Notes under the pieces: generated by a model
What the model was told of the DNA's origin: nothing
Seen by the model: the letters and a program-made list of their open reading frames with translations, nothing else
The model's database searches: none
Position numbers and translations under genes: made by a program
Part shown: one piece after another, positions 10,869-24,400 of the stretch
Numbering within the stretch: the stretch's first letter is position 1
Layout of the letters: every line of letters begins with the position of its first letter
From: Phoronis australis
Lineage: Eukaryota > Animalia > Phoronida
Assembly: GCA_002633005.1 (NCBI GenBank)
Contig: NMRA01000099.1
Coordinates: 885,633 to 949,632, forward strand
Reading direction: 5' to 3'
DNA: 64,000 nt

Positions 10869-13800
10869 GTCTCACACGTTGATAACCCTTATTACATGGT
10901 TAGAGGATGTTATAAGGATCCAAGAAGTGTCTACCCCATAACTAATACACGATCCGTACTCTAAAAAAGGTTAAATGAACGCGACACTCACGATTCGCAC
11001 CCGAAGAACCACCGCCATTTTGAACTTACCGCGAACCCGGAAGTACATTTCATACAAGAACCCAGGCTAAGAAAACGCCGTCAGTGCGACCGGAGCAGTG
11101 CCTGTTAGCAGCCTGCAAACGGGGATAAAATAATCGACAACGCGCCTTAATTTTAATAAAATCAAAATACGGACAACTTTATCGAATTTGCTGAAGAAAT
11201 GTAGCGAATAAATTTTGACAGAAATTATTTTGCCGGACTCGGTACCACAGCCTTTCGGACCCGGTGCGGATCGAGACAAGACACAGGGGAACGGTAAAGG
11301 CATGCGGTTTCAAACTGTTTTGTCGAAGTAAAAGGTTCAAATCATAAATGCCGTATTCATACAAAGGTAGTTAGAGACACTTGCATAAAATTACGGGCTG
11401 GTTAGTCCCGATGTCACACTGCCGCGGCGGCCCTTAGGTTATTAGCTAGCCTCGGTGCCAGCTACCAGCATGAAGACTCGTCAAAATACAGCTTGTTAGT
11501 AGTAGGCCTCTACAGCTTTGTGCCAAGGCTACCCTTAGGCCTACCTGGTCGTGGCCGCAGCGTTCGCTCAAACGAGGTTTATGTAGAACTTGGGGTCTTC
11601 TGGCGAAGTGTGCAAAGTTGTTGGCTTTCAACAGAGATTTGCCCAGGCATTGCATGAGCGCAACAAGCCTAAAAAATGGGGTGCTAGAATTTTTGGGAAT
11701 GTCCACCTTTTACTATAAGATTCACTGGGTATGTTCAGAGCTATGAATTTTAGACGCTAAATTTTGGTACTTCCTGTCTTCTAGTGGAATATTATCTCGT
11801 TTACTACTTTTTTCGGAGTTCGTGCTTCTCTGACTAAGGCAGACCTTTTTCCACTTCTCCAAACAGGGGGCTCGTTCCAGCACATAAGTATCTGACAAGT
11901 CCAATACAAAACGTTATTTTTTATTCATTAAGACAAAATGAGTCAACCTTTTTAACATAATAAGTAACTTAAAATGCACAATACTTTACAACATTGAGCA
12001 TTGCAAACACTATTCAACAGCAAAAGTTTCCATGAATATGAAAGTGAACATACATGTAACTATTACCATGGTGACCGAATAGTGTTTCCTTACACCAGAA
12101 TTTGGCAAGTATGATTAAAAAATATGAAGTTGCAAGGAACAAGAATTGGAGGCTTGAAGCTTCACATCCAACATAGCTTATTTCTCAAATTAAGATTATT
12201 CATATTGTTGACTTGATAATCTGAATTAAAAAACAATAAGTTGCAAAACATGACTTGAAAGCAATTTAGACTTAAAAATTAGTAAATATGAATCATTTTG
12301 TGACACCTAATCAAGCCTTGAACAGCAGTTGACAGTCAAACAAAAAACCATTTCAAAATTAAATCAACTATTTTTTTAGGTTAGTGTAAGATCACCTGAA
12401 TAGGAAATTCACAGTAAATAATTCGAATATATCTTATATTTTTGCACAAAAAACACGAAAATTGAACGAATTTCCTTTTTTGTAGCAACGTTTGTCAAAA
12501 TGTATCAACGTTAAATCTTCACAAATTACAAAGTAACAGGTTGAACATGCCTTCCAGTTCAGCAAAAGACGCCATGTTGTCGGTGCCAACGGGAATTGTG
12601 AGCACATTTATCACTTAATAAGTAACAACTGCAAGGCTGAAATTTGGTGAAAACTGTTGAATCGTGCAGAATAGTAAGTAAAGATATGTCTCACTAAATT
12701 TCACCGTAAATTGTTGGCGAAAACAATTTACACAAACTTTTAAACTCGTAAATTATCCCGCTGTCCTCCAATATGGCCGACGCGATCCAAACAAAGTGAC
12801 CCAAATTACTTTACACTGCTTGCCCCGATTTTGATACTTTTTCGATTTTTACCAAGTAGAATGCACTAGCTTTCCGATGATAGCAAAGTACTTTTTCAAA
12901 ACGAGAAAAAAATTCAAAACGAAAAAAAATTGGTTCGACTCATGAGGGTCAGCCCTCTCAGCGAGTGACCGCTTCGCTATCCCAGTTGCCCGCTGTCGCT
13001 CATGACAAAGCCGTCCTAACAATAGCCCTATAGTGAGCCAGCCAACCACACAAATCGCTTGTGCAGTATTACGTAAGCATTAACTAGGCCTTGAGCAGAC
13101 ACCAGAATAGAAGTTTCAGATATTGTAACCCAAGGCGGTTGAAACCCGGTCTCCGAAACGGGTGAAATCGGAAGCTAAGATTCATAAAATTTACGCTCTG
13201 TGACGTATATGTAATCTATGAAAGACTTTCAACAAAACTGTGNNNNNNNNNNNNNNNNNNNNNNNNNNNNNNNNNNNNNNNNNNNNNNNNNNNNNNNNNN
13301 NNNNNNNNNNNNNNNNNNNNNNNNNNNNNNNNNNNNNNNNNNNNNNNNNNNNNNNNNNNNNNNNNNNNNNNNNNNNNNNNNNNNNNNNNNNNNNNNNNNN
13401 NNNNNNNNNNNNNNNNNNNNNNNNNNNNNNNNNNNNNNNNNNNNNNNNNNNNNNNNNNNNNNNNNNNNNNNNNNNNNNNNNNNNNNNNNNNNNNNNNNNN
13501 NNNNNTTTTTACAAAAGTTGCGTCATGTAGTTGAAAGTGTTAGACACGTCCAGTTTTTCGGCAAAAAAGGCCAAGCCTATGGATTTTGATGAAATTTCCA
13601 AGAGGTTTTGCCCATGTCATAAACCTGAGACTCGTGTAGAATTCTCTATTTATGTTCGAAGTATGACCCGAAAATAATAGGTGCGCCGCAAGCTTCGTTT
13701 CCAGAGATAAAAAGGAGACCGTGTATAGGCGATATAAGGTCATCTATTAAGACTGATAACGGTACAGAAATATGAGTGTAAAGATAACATAAAGATAGAA

Positions 13801-15477
13801 TAATAATCTCTGGAAAGATGGGTAATAAAAAGCGCCACTAGAGGTGTTGAAGACAGCTCATGCCTATGCGTCTCAGCTGTTAAGTTTTATCCAAATTCAT
13901 TCCAAACAATTTTCACATGGGATTTTTATGTTTTTTGATCAATAATTAATGTTAATACACTTTAATCTTTTTGTAGAAGGTCGGTATGTCAAAGTGTTTC
14001 ATCAAATATTTTTCAATCTTTTTTTCTAATTCACTGTGGGTTAATATTCAAAGTTCGGACTTTGTATATATTGCGTTTAAGTGACATTAATGAGATATTG
14101 TCGGTCAAACAAAATGTCGTGGCAATCGCCAACATTTCTTGAGTCCATTCGAACAATGGTTCAGCAACGAGACAATTTACGAGAAAGCAAAGGAGAATAA
14201 ATGAAGCCCGGTTATGAAAAGCACTTTGGTCTCTTAGCATTGCTTTTGATTCACGTTATTACAAGATATAATGTTATGCTTTTTCGTCTGAACAAAGTAC
14301 ATTACGTGGATAACCAACCACCTGGCTTACAAGGTAAATGACATTGAGGAATGAACTCTATCACTGAAAATCACAAATTAAATTGAAACTATTCAACTCT
14401 CGTTGTGCTTAAAAGGATACCAAACCCGGTTTTGGTCTATTAACAGATACTGCAAACGACTTTCCCATCTTTGAAACAAAATAATGCTCTGTAACGCTCG
14501 ACAACCCTCAGAAGTTTTGAGGAAAATTGAAATCTCCTTTAAAATCTGCTAAACGAGCAGGCGTGACCTACGCTTTTAGCGAATTGCATGACAAATGGGA
14601 AACATACCACCCACCAAGGAACATAACGTCCAATCTGTGACATAGGGAGTGTGAGTTTAGGGAGTATGAGTTTTTAATTGATTCCTGCGTTTAACTTGGG
14701 AGATTTGCGCCAATCAAGTGATAGAACGAGGATTGGTGGAAATCACCCGAAGCACGGTTTAGTATCCTTTTAACGGCGGTCATCCTAATGCAGCGCAGTG
14801 GATCACACTGCACACCTTTGCGTTTTCTATAAAACGTTGCATCACACTCAACACGTTTTCCTGTCAAATCGTTTTCTCCTACGGGCAGCAATTGTATGGC
14901 AGCCTTTGCATCGTAAGCCCATAGTAGCAGCATGTATTATCTGCCTCATACACCGCACAAAGCTGCGCGAAAGTACTGGGTTAATTTCCCACACTTTCGT
15001 TGCTACAGCTCGCAGTCAATAACCTGAATCTCAACACGCGAGTTACGGTGATTTTCACCAGGCCGGGCTGGCAAAATACCCACTTCCGTAACATTGGAAG
15101 TTCTGTAACAAAGTGAGTTTTTTCGCAACTTTTCTATTTGATTGTGCGAGATTTTAATCACGAAATCGAGCGACCTGTATAACTAGACTGTGTCTGATGC
15201 CGACGTCTCGCCAGACTCACTGCAATATCACTCTTTTTTTACACTTTTTGGTCAATATGGTGGGTCTTATGCGAATGTGTACACGCGAATTTCTTGCCTT
15301 AAGGGTGTAAATGACCCGATAGTTATCTGTGAGTAAGGTTTGTATAATTTGTGTGGACAAATTGTATAATGCTCTAAAAAGAGCGTGTTCGTTACAGTCA
15401 TTCAAACTGCACTACCACTGCACACGCTCGTCGCACAACGTGGAGGCGAGTTCGGGCTGTGGGGGATTAGACAACAA

Positions 15478-15634
15478 CAGCCTCCCGTTCAGTAACGCTA
15501 GGACCTCGCTAAAAAGCAAGACATCGCGAGATTACGTGAGATATTGCCGTGTATTTTAAATGAGAACACGTGACCCTGACTAGATTTTAGCTAGGTCCTA
15601 GCATAGGTACTAGCGTCTACTGAACGCACGCCTG
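15478..15634. mobile_element. Second copy of the 10712-10868 MITE
   Basis: Direct sequence match along the whole length. Confidence 0.8.
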
Positions 15635-16012
15635 GGCCCGGTCTCCAATCTTTTTACTCGAAATGGAACTCGAAATTAGGTTTGGCATTTTCTACTCTAC
15701 TTTTGGGCGAACTCAAGATAAGTGTCTATTATTCTATGCTCGAGTACACAATAACTTACGTAGATAATTTATTGCCCTTAGTTCACAGTTTGTAAACCCA
15801 ATATTAAAGCAATAAGTTCGAGTTTGAACTCGAAATTTCGAGTTTTTACTCGAGTTAGTAGCACGAATATAAGGGTCTTCAAGGGTAAACTTGAACTAGA
15901 AACTCCTATGCATAAACTATAATGTATTCGAGCACAGTCTGATAGGAGCAGAGAAATTGCCAAAAATAGTTTCGAGTTCGTTTCGAGTACAAAGATTAGA
16001 TACCGGGCCCTG
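15632..16012. mobile_element. MITE with ~40-bp TIRs and internal ACTCGA repeats
   Basis: Left end CTGGGCCCGGTCTCCAATCTTTTTACTCGAAA versus reverse complement of right end CAGGGCCCGGTATCTAATCTTTGTACTCGAAA. Confidence 0.75.
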
Positions 16013-18485
16013 GTCTTAGATCTGAATATGGTGGAAGGTGGAGCCTTCGTTGAGGGCGAAAGTCAACAGCTGCTGTTAAAAAATCTGACCATTTTGAAGG
16101 TCAATGATACAAGTTCGGTATTACGAATATACTGTTAGTAACAAATAAGGTTAGGCCTACTAAAGCACAACTCGGCACTATGATCGGCACAAGGTATGTG
16201 CCGTGAAGGTTTGCCATACAAATGAAATTTACTGGACTTCTCTCAAACAACGCGCAGATTTTGTGTACACAAGGTTGGACGGTAACCTTAGAACTCCACA
16301 CAGTGCAGTTTAAGAGGTCAGATTCAAACTGAATGAAGCCGACTTTGTGTGGGAGAATAGGACCCCAGAAATTATCCACTTTCATTTGATCCCGATAACA
16401 GCTATGCGAAGTTTTGACGGTGAATGTGTTTTTGTGCGTTTACCATTGACTGCATGTTGTGTGAAGATTTTCTCAGTTTTCGTGTAGGGCTCCTCGGCGC
16501 AGGTTCGGAAATCTACGATTTATGTTTCCCATTGTCGTTTTTGTGGTTGTTCTTATAGATGGCCTGCCCTATGCGAAGTACATGTATCTAAAAATAAACA
16601 AAATATCGATCTCCAGAATGAACTTTGTTTTATTTTGGGGATCCTTTCCCCACTGACGCGACCCAAAAGGCGTCGTCTTTTCATGGCCTCTGGACTGATC
16701 TGCTGCTCAACTTTGTAATTCAGTCATTACGGCTTGTAGGCGGGGTGTCACGACATTTTGTCAATATCACAAATGATACTTTTGACTACTTCTTTTTGTT
16801 AAGCACGTAAAAATAGAAAGTTCAGCATCAGTTGAGTTATAGTCTGACGGGCGAGTTAAAGGGTAGACAGTTTACCCACTCTCGCAGTTTTAGATAGCCA
16901 TCATCACCTAAGCCGGAGTTTCAGTGTACAGTAAAGCAACGATCGCTGGATATTTGGAATATTGCGTTAAGTCTATGTAAATGCTTGGTCGTCTGCCACG
17001 TCATATTTTCACTTCACCGACAACATGTACGTTTATCTTATAGGCGATACGCTGAACGCAGAGTCCATTTGCAAAGAGAATATCTACTAAAATCAAAATA
17101 GAACAACGAACCGTTTATCAAAACGTGTCGATGGTCATATCGATGTTAACTGGCAGACAATTGAATGGTCTGTTACGCCATTTTGTTACTTTACCTACAC
17201 TCAAACACTGCCTTTAGTGATGAAAACGAGGGTTGGTTATCTCGTCATGTTGAACATGCTGATCGATTTTTTGCAGAAAATGACTCCAACAGCCGATTTT
17301 GAATGAGCAGCTAACAGGGTCACGCCGCACGCTACACTTGTTTGCGTGACCTTCCTGTTACCCCCCCCCNGTATTTCACATCTGTCGTGTCCCACTGCCT
17401 ATGTTACTAGCTTTTGCTCTGTGGTCATTTTATTTCCACTTGAGAATGAAACAAGTAAGTTTCGAAATATCGCGTGTCTTTTAATCATGTCTTTGTCAGT
17501 AATTTTCCAAAATTCTGTTGAATTTCGAACTTTGCGTCTTCAACAACTTTTGCATAACGGGAAATGGGCTACTCAAGTACAACAAATAATATATACATGT
17601 ATACATATATGTATATAGCTCACAAACATGGTTGTTTGCTTGTTGTACATGCTACACGAAATAGTTTCTATAACTTCACCTTTTTGCTGAGAGCAACTGG
17701 ATTGCAAGCACGGTGGATGATAATGTTATTTTGCAACTCAAATCCTCCTTTACAATTTGAGATCCCACCGATCCCACTTCTCGTAACGCTGACTTGTCAA
17801 AGTTCTCATAAATTGGCCCGATTTATTTTCAGTTGAAACACGAAATGAATTTTCTGTCGACTGAAGTGAGAATTACCTTTCCAAAGTTAAGGTTTTTGTC
17901 TAAAGATTTGCTTTTTGTGTTTCTATAATTATGCGCGTCTAGAGGAAAAATTGACCAAACTTGGCGGCATCAGGCGCTTTCTGATGCGCTACGATGAGAG
18001 ATATCTCCTGGTACCTCCAATAGTTGTCACCCTGATCGAGGGATGAATGAACTTGTTTACCGAGTCTTAGACTGGGTGCCACTCTGGTGAAGCGCTCAAA
18101 ACTGCGGGCCATTTAGCACTGACTACACTTCCGCCCATGACCACTTTCTAGTTGCAACTGCAGAAAGACGCGATACGTTTGACTAAAATATGACCGGGGT
18201 TTTGGCCAGTACAGCCTTTGTTGCTAGGAGAGAAACCTTAAGCGACCGCGCCGTTAGTGTTATTCATACGGCTGGTCATTTTAGGATATTCAACTTCGCC
18301 TGCAGTTATAAATCCGCTCACCGCACAAACATGACCTTGCTTATACTGGCGTTGTTCGCCGACTAAAGGTGAACACCTGGTCGCAGGGCGCACAAAATCG
18401 TCTGTCGAGCCGGATGTGTCCGGCGGCCTATAGGCTTACTATAGTTTCAGGATTTTACTTTTCCTTTTTTGTCCTAGAGTAAACC

Positions 18486-21400
18486 ATGACTACTGAAAAG
18501 AAGAAATATCTCGTTGGGGAAAATGGACATGAGAATGAGCGAAAAGACCTTATGAGCGGTGGAGATTGCAAGACTGGTACAAAAGTATACAAACGACGAT
18601 GGATCATTTTATTTCTGTTCGCGCTTTATTCCATGTCGAATGCCTTCCAATGGCTACATTTGACCATCATCGCAAATGTCGTTTACCGCTATTACAACGA
18701 GAGTTTACCTGGAGACGGACAGTACCAGAAAAGAATTGCCGTCGACTGGCTGTCTATGGTGTACATGTTAGCTTATGTGCCAACTGTGTTCCCAGTCATG
18801 TGGCTGTTAGACAAAAAGGGATTGAGAGTCACTATCATAGTAGGCGCATTCTTGAACTGTCTCGGCGCGTGGTTGAAGTGCGCCTCTGTAGCCCCTGACC
18901 GCTTCTGGCTGGTGATGCTCGCGCAAACTGTGTGCGCCATAGCGCAGGTGTTCATCCTCGGGATGCCAGCGCGACTGGCCGCTGTCTGGTTTGGACTAAA
19001 CGAAGTGTCTACAGCTACAGCTATTGGGGTGTTTGGAAATTTAGTGAGTCGTTTTTATGTTCAGTGGTCAAAGAATGATGAGTATAATTTCAAAGAAGCG
19101 GAAAGTCAAATTTTGCGCAGTCCGTAATTTCGATCTATGATGACTTGAAATTGCAACAAAAACTTCTAGCGTTTTCACCATAAGGTAGATTACATTTTCA
19201 TACAACAGTGACATTTAGTTTTTGTTATTCATCATTGAACCTTTCATTTATATCTTGCTTTCAAAACAGGTTGGAAATGGTGTTGGCTTTTTAGTTCCGC
19301 CAGTTATTGTACCAAACTCATTTGATTTGGATGTCGTCGGTCACAATCTGGGTTCCATGTTCTACGGGGGTGCTGCCATCACCACAGCGCTGTTTCTATC
19401 AATTTTGATTGGTGAGTGTTGGCCCATCATGTGAGTCTGTTCGTGTTCTTTTTATGCCATGGAATAATTATTAATGGCCAAAAAGGATTATTCGTGAACA
19501 GTTTTGGACGTATTTTTCATAGTGATCTTGAGATTCGTTTTACTTGGTCTGGTTGAACAAGTCATTTCTGAAACTATTGATTAATTCCATGGCACAATTC
19601 AGTACAGCCCGCATTTTGTGAATAATACAATGTGTTGAACAAACGCATTCGAACTCGAAATAATAACCACCAGCTTAAAATAGACGTACATTGCATAACA
19701 TAGTTATATAGTATACATATTCCAGGGCCCGTTTTAGAAAAGCATGGATAAGTGTTTCAAGTCTTTGGGCCAATTTGGAGGACCAACGTCTTGTTCGTAT
19801 TCTCTGCCCTTTTCGTTTCCATTTTAACGTGTGTGATTTTGTCTGTTATACTACTAGGTTGCGCGACTATTGATTGATCTTAACAGTTAAATGCATCCCA
19901 GTTTAACCATATACAGAAATCCACTGGTTCCTTATTGTCACAGACCCCATATGGCTAAAACTGTTTTTAGTTTCGATCAGCTGCTCTTCAATTATCGCTG
20001 TGTTAGAATCTGAATGCAGTGCACGTTATTCCAGACAGATTCAGATGTGATTGCGACATAGTTAATGCGTTCATTAACCCGAGTTAAGCAATAGGATTTC
20101 TTTGCTTTACAATAGTTGATAACGAAATTTTGCCCTTAAAGTTTTGTTTACTAGAATCTAACTATTCCAGTTTTCAAGAACAAACCACCGCAACCACCCA
20201 GTGCTTCAATGGCGGTAGCACTCAAGTCGAAAATGAAAGCAGATTACATCATGTCGCTGAAGCGTCTTTTCAGAAATCGCTTCTTCGTCGTACTCACTAT
20301 AACGCATGGTATGTATTTTATGCTGTTAAGTAATAAACTCTTAACTATATCATATCTGTAATTTAGCTATAAGTGCAATTTCTAATGACCAAATAAAAAT
20401 CTCAATTTCGGCAATCTTGTCAACTCTTGGAATTTTCTTGTGAATTTAACCATGAAAGTCTTGTGAACAATGCTAATTCGATGAAAATTCTTTTCGTTTT
20501 GTGCAAGCAACCCAGAAAGCTAAATTGTGGATGTATATTACGTTTCTGAAACTCCGTCGCTGTGCATGCCTACGAGTCTATTTGGATTAGTACTGTCAAA
20601 TCCCATAAAAAGCTCGTGGCAATAATATCGTTATCACTTCGGCATCTATATCCGTTTGTAACAAGGACCTCAGGTTTGTAACATTAAAATGCAACATTGT
20701 GAATTAGTTATCGTTGTATGGTGGAAATAACTGCTCTTTCGCAATACTTGTTTGAGTGCCTATAAAGGGACAAAATGCATTTTGACACTACGAGTGCTTT
20801 TGACTCGTTCAATAACTGGGATTAAACAACTGCCGTCGAAAAGAGGTCCAAAAATGAAACGGTGCAAACATTATTTTTGTCAGATTTCAACTTCATTTAA
20901 CCGTAGGATTACTAGTTGATTTGTGTAAAGGTAACTGTTACCCGTTTGGGGGCGTTTCAAGATAATTTAACAAATTTTACTCGCTGCGGAATGAATTTTG
21001 AATCTTTTACTTGACTTTTAACAAAAATGACATTAAAGACACATGCAGAACTAGTTGGATTAAGCCGGAATCCAAATCAAATTAGCGGCTTTGAATCTTT
21101 CCGTTGAAGCAACCAGTGCCACTAGTGGGTCGTAGTATTGAAGCAAAACTAAGAGTTCCACCACGAAACATGATACAAATAAACGGTTTTCGAAAATGGT
21201 TTTGCTTGGGGCTTTAAAGCGACAAAATTCGATTGAGAAAGAAAAACGCGTTTTGGTGATTATTCTAGTTGTGCAGTATACAGTTTTTAGGGATACTCTT
21301 CTGCTCTATTTTAGGTAAAAAGTTCATAAAAAGATTTTAACGCAAGTTGGCTCAGTCGCAATGCTCTTTTAAAACAACTGTTTCAAAATTTAATATGAAT

Positions 21401-24400
21401 CTTTTACTATTTTAATGTTTATTTTTGGTGATGCACCATCACCTAAAATGGCCGCCTAGGTGAGCTGCAGCAGATTCATGCATCATGGAAACTCACTCAA
21501 CCGCTGCCGTTTGTAATGCAGTTTCCGCCCTCTTTTTAACAAAAATATTAAAAAATAATAATAAAATAAGGCAAATGCAAACAGGGCTGAAAGTTATGAA
21601 GTGTTCTAATTTAATGAATGTAAAGTAGAGAGTATGTGTAAGTTACTAGCTATGACCAGAGAGCTCTGACTCTATAAAACTGCGAAATTCGTTGTTTTGT
21701 GATTTTATTAGAAAACGCCAAATCCCGACGTTGGCTTCCAGAAGACCGATAGAATTACCTGAAATCGAGACTTCATCGGTTAAAATTTGTTAAAATACCC
21801 TGGTATTAGCGTAGCGACGAACTTCGATCGCAGAAGTCGTGTGTTCGAATCCGTCTTGGAGCTGATCTTCACTAAACATTCTCCCGATACTATCAGTTTA
21901 AGAAAGTCGTAATGCTTTTGTGGAAAAAATTGATCAGGAATTGGCATTTACATCATAACACATACAGAATACATTTACTGACAAACTTTCCTCTGCTGAA
22001 GTGAACACTTGCGCAAAATTACATTATGATTATCTCGGAAAGAGAGTGGAACTCCGCAAAACGGGGAGTTGCGTTGTTGGTGGGAAAGCAACATAATAGC
22101 TGTTTTTAAACGAGGAACAGTTGTCACCGTGCGAGATGTCACGGTGCGACTTGTTCCTCTTAAGTCGCATTTACATGACGTTAGATCGCAAACTGGATCA
22201 GCGCTCGTGTAAACAATAGCGAACGTCCAAAGTACGTGTATCGCCAAAAATTTGTATCATTCTTGATCCGCTAGATGACACTTATCGCCATGACACATGC
22301 TCGCCTTATCCAATCATAAGAACGCATACGTAGGTCAAAGGTTACGAAGCTTGGACAAGTAAAACGACAGGAGCGTGAGCACGAAGCCAGTCTCGTCTGG
22401 AAATTACAAAATATCATCAGGAATTCTTGAATATTCACAGTACACAGTGTGTTAGTGGTACCTGGGTCCCGGGGTCTCAGCTGTCTGTTAACTTGGACAC
22501 AGAACTATATGCACTGATGGCCGGTCGGCGCATCGACACATGACTAAGTTACAGTGTGGTTGCATGCTAAAACGCCTTTTATTAATCTTCAGATGTTTGC
22601 CACTACGTATTTTTGTGTGGAATCCATTCCTACTTAACAGTAAAATAAGACGGAGGACAACGTAGTTATTGAACCCAATTATAAGAAGGTAAATAACACA
22701 AATTTGCACTGTTCTCTGACCCATGCCACGAAATCTGACACAGTGTCGGCATTTTTTTCACTCAGGGTGCACACTTTTGTTTCAGAAATGGCATTTTATG
22801 AAGTTTTCATTTCAGCTTTGAGACTTCGTTTATTGGAATCAACATGGTATATGGAATATCAGATTAAATATTTTGTGAAGTATCCTCATTTAGTTTTTGA
22901 GATTTGGCCTATTGAAATAAAAGAGAAAAGTGTGGGCTACGTCATTGGTGTACCATCAACCATTAAAAAACTCAGTTCAAAACACTTCTAGTAATGCATT
23001 TTTTCAGACATGACTGTAAGAGAAGGAGTATAATTTATGCAAATTGACAAGTTTTGCATAAAACATTGATATCATTTTGCAAGTTTGCCAGAAAATTGTG
23101 TTTGAAATTTCAGATCCCTGCAATCACCTGAAGAAAAACAAGAAATACATGTTAAGATCATGAAAAAACCTTAAATTTCGATTAAATGTGATTTAATTAA
23201 ATGCCATGTGTACTAAAAACATGCAATGTTTAAGTGAAACAAAATAACGATAGATTTCTGACCAATTTCAGCTATATTAAGGACTAATCTGGCCATAATT
23301 AACATTTTTTCGTACATTAAAATGCGTAAATGTCATAAGCATCGGTGCTAAAACAAGATCATCAAGATCATGAAGGAATTCTGTCAATATGATTGCATAA
23401 CATAAAAAATCTAGTTTTGCACCCTGAGTGAAAAAATGCCGTGTAGTTATTATGTTCCTCTTTTTACATACCCTAGCTAGAATAACACTGCAAGAATTCA
23501 ATCCTGAAACAAACCACTGCTGTGTTTACGGGTATAATTTTGTGAGGCACAAAAACGAAACAACTTTTGAAGACAACTTAAAAATCATCTATTAACTGGC
23601 GAAAATATGGAATTCTGTATAAATTCAAGTTTGAAAGTATTTTAAGACCTTCTCAGATAGGAAAATGGACAAAACAATGTTTCTTACCGATTGTGAGCTA
23701 AGCCCTAATCAACAGAGTGCAAATTCCATTGCAAGACAAGCAGGCGATCATTAACACTTCTTCACACACCACTGTACGTGGATCCATTTTCGGAGCACAA
23801 GAGACTTGGAAATTTTTTCGAAAAATCCAGCAATGACGCTGATATTTGGCAACAGCAAGTCTTACCATACTCTTTCTGGACAGACTATCGGCAAATTGTG
23901 TAGTTATCTCACATGACTTAAATTACTGATAATAGTTCGTTACTGTGCATTCTAATGGAGGGCTGCTGGCAAGATTTGGGGCATGCGCAGTGGTACATGT
24001 TCTGGCGATGCAGATCATACGAAAATACGCTATTGCGCAAGCGCAACGAAGGATGAACCCTTTTCGTCCTGCTCCAGTTGTGTTTAGACGTGTAGTTGAC
24101 ACTGAAGCAATTGATCGAATGCAACTTGTTCTACCTCTAAGACCTGTGCCAAAAATGGCCGCCGCGGTGTCCGTGTCAATCGTGTTTGCACACACACTTG
24201 CGCCCTATCAGCTGTTCCGTGTTAGTTGTTCCGTGACAGCTCTCTCCCGCGTAAATGCGGCCAGTATTTTGGGGTGGTTTCAAATGCAATGCATTGTCAC
24301 CGACAATTTCACTTTAACAATTTTCAAACAGAAGGTAAGGCGCTGTGAGTAAGTCGCTGTAGAACTGATACAAACGCTAGTTGTATCAGGCCGGCTGAAT

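Noticed and set aside
10285-11050. Possible minus-strand gene start (MEFAAEDGSV... plus CCGGAAGT and GCCATTTT motifs)
   Set aside because: Only short motifs; I could not assemble downstream exons.
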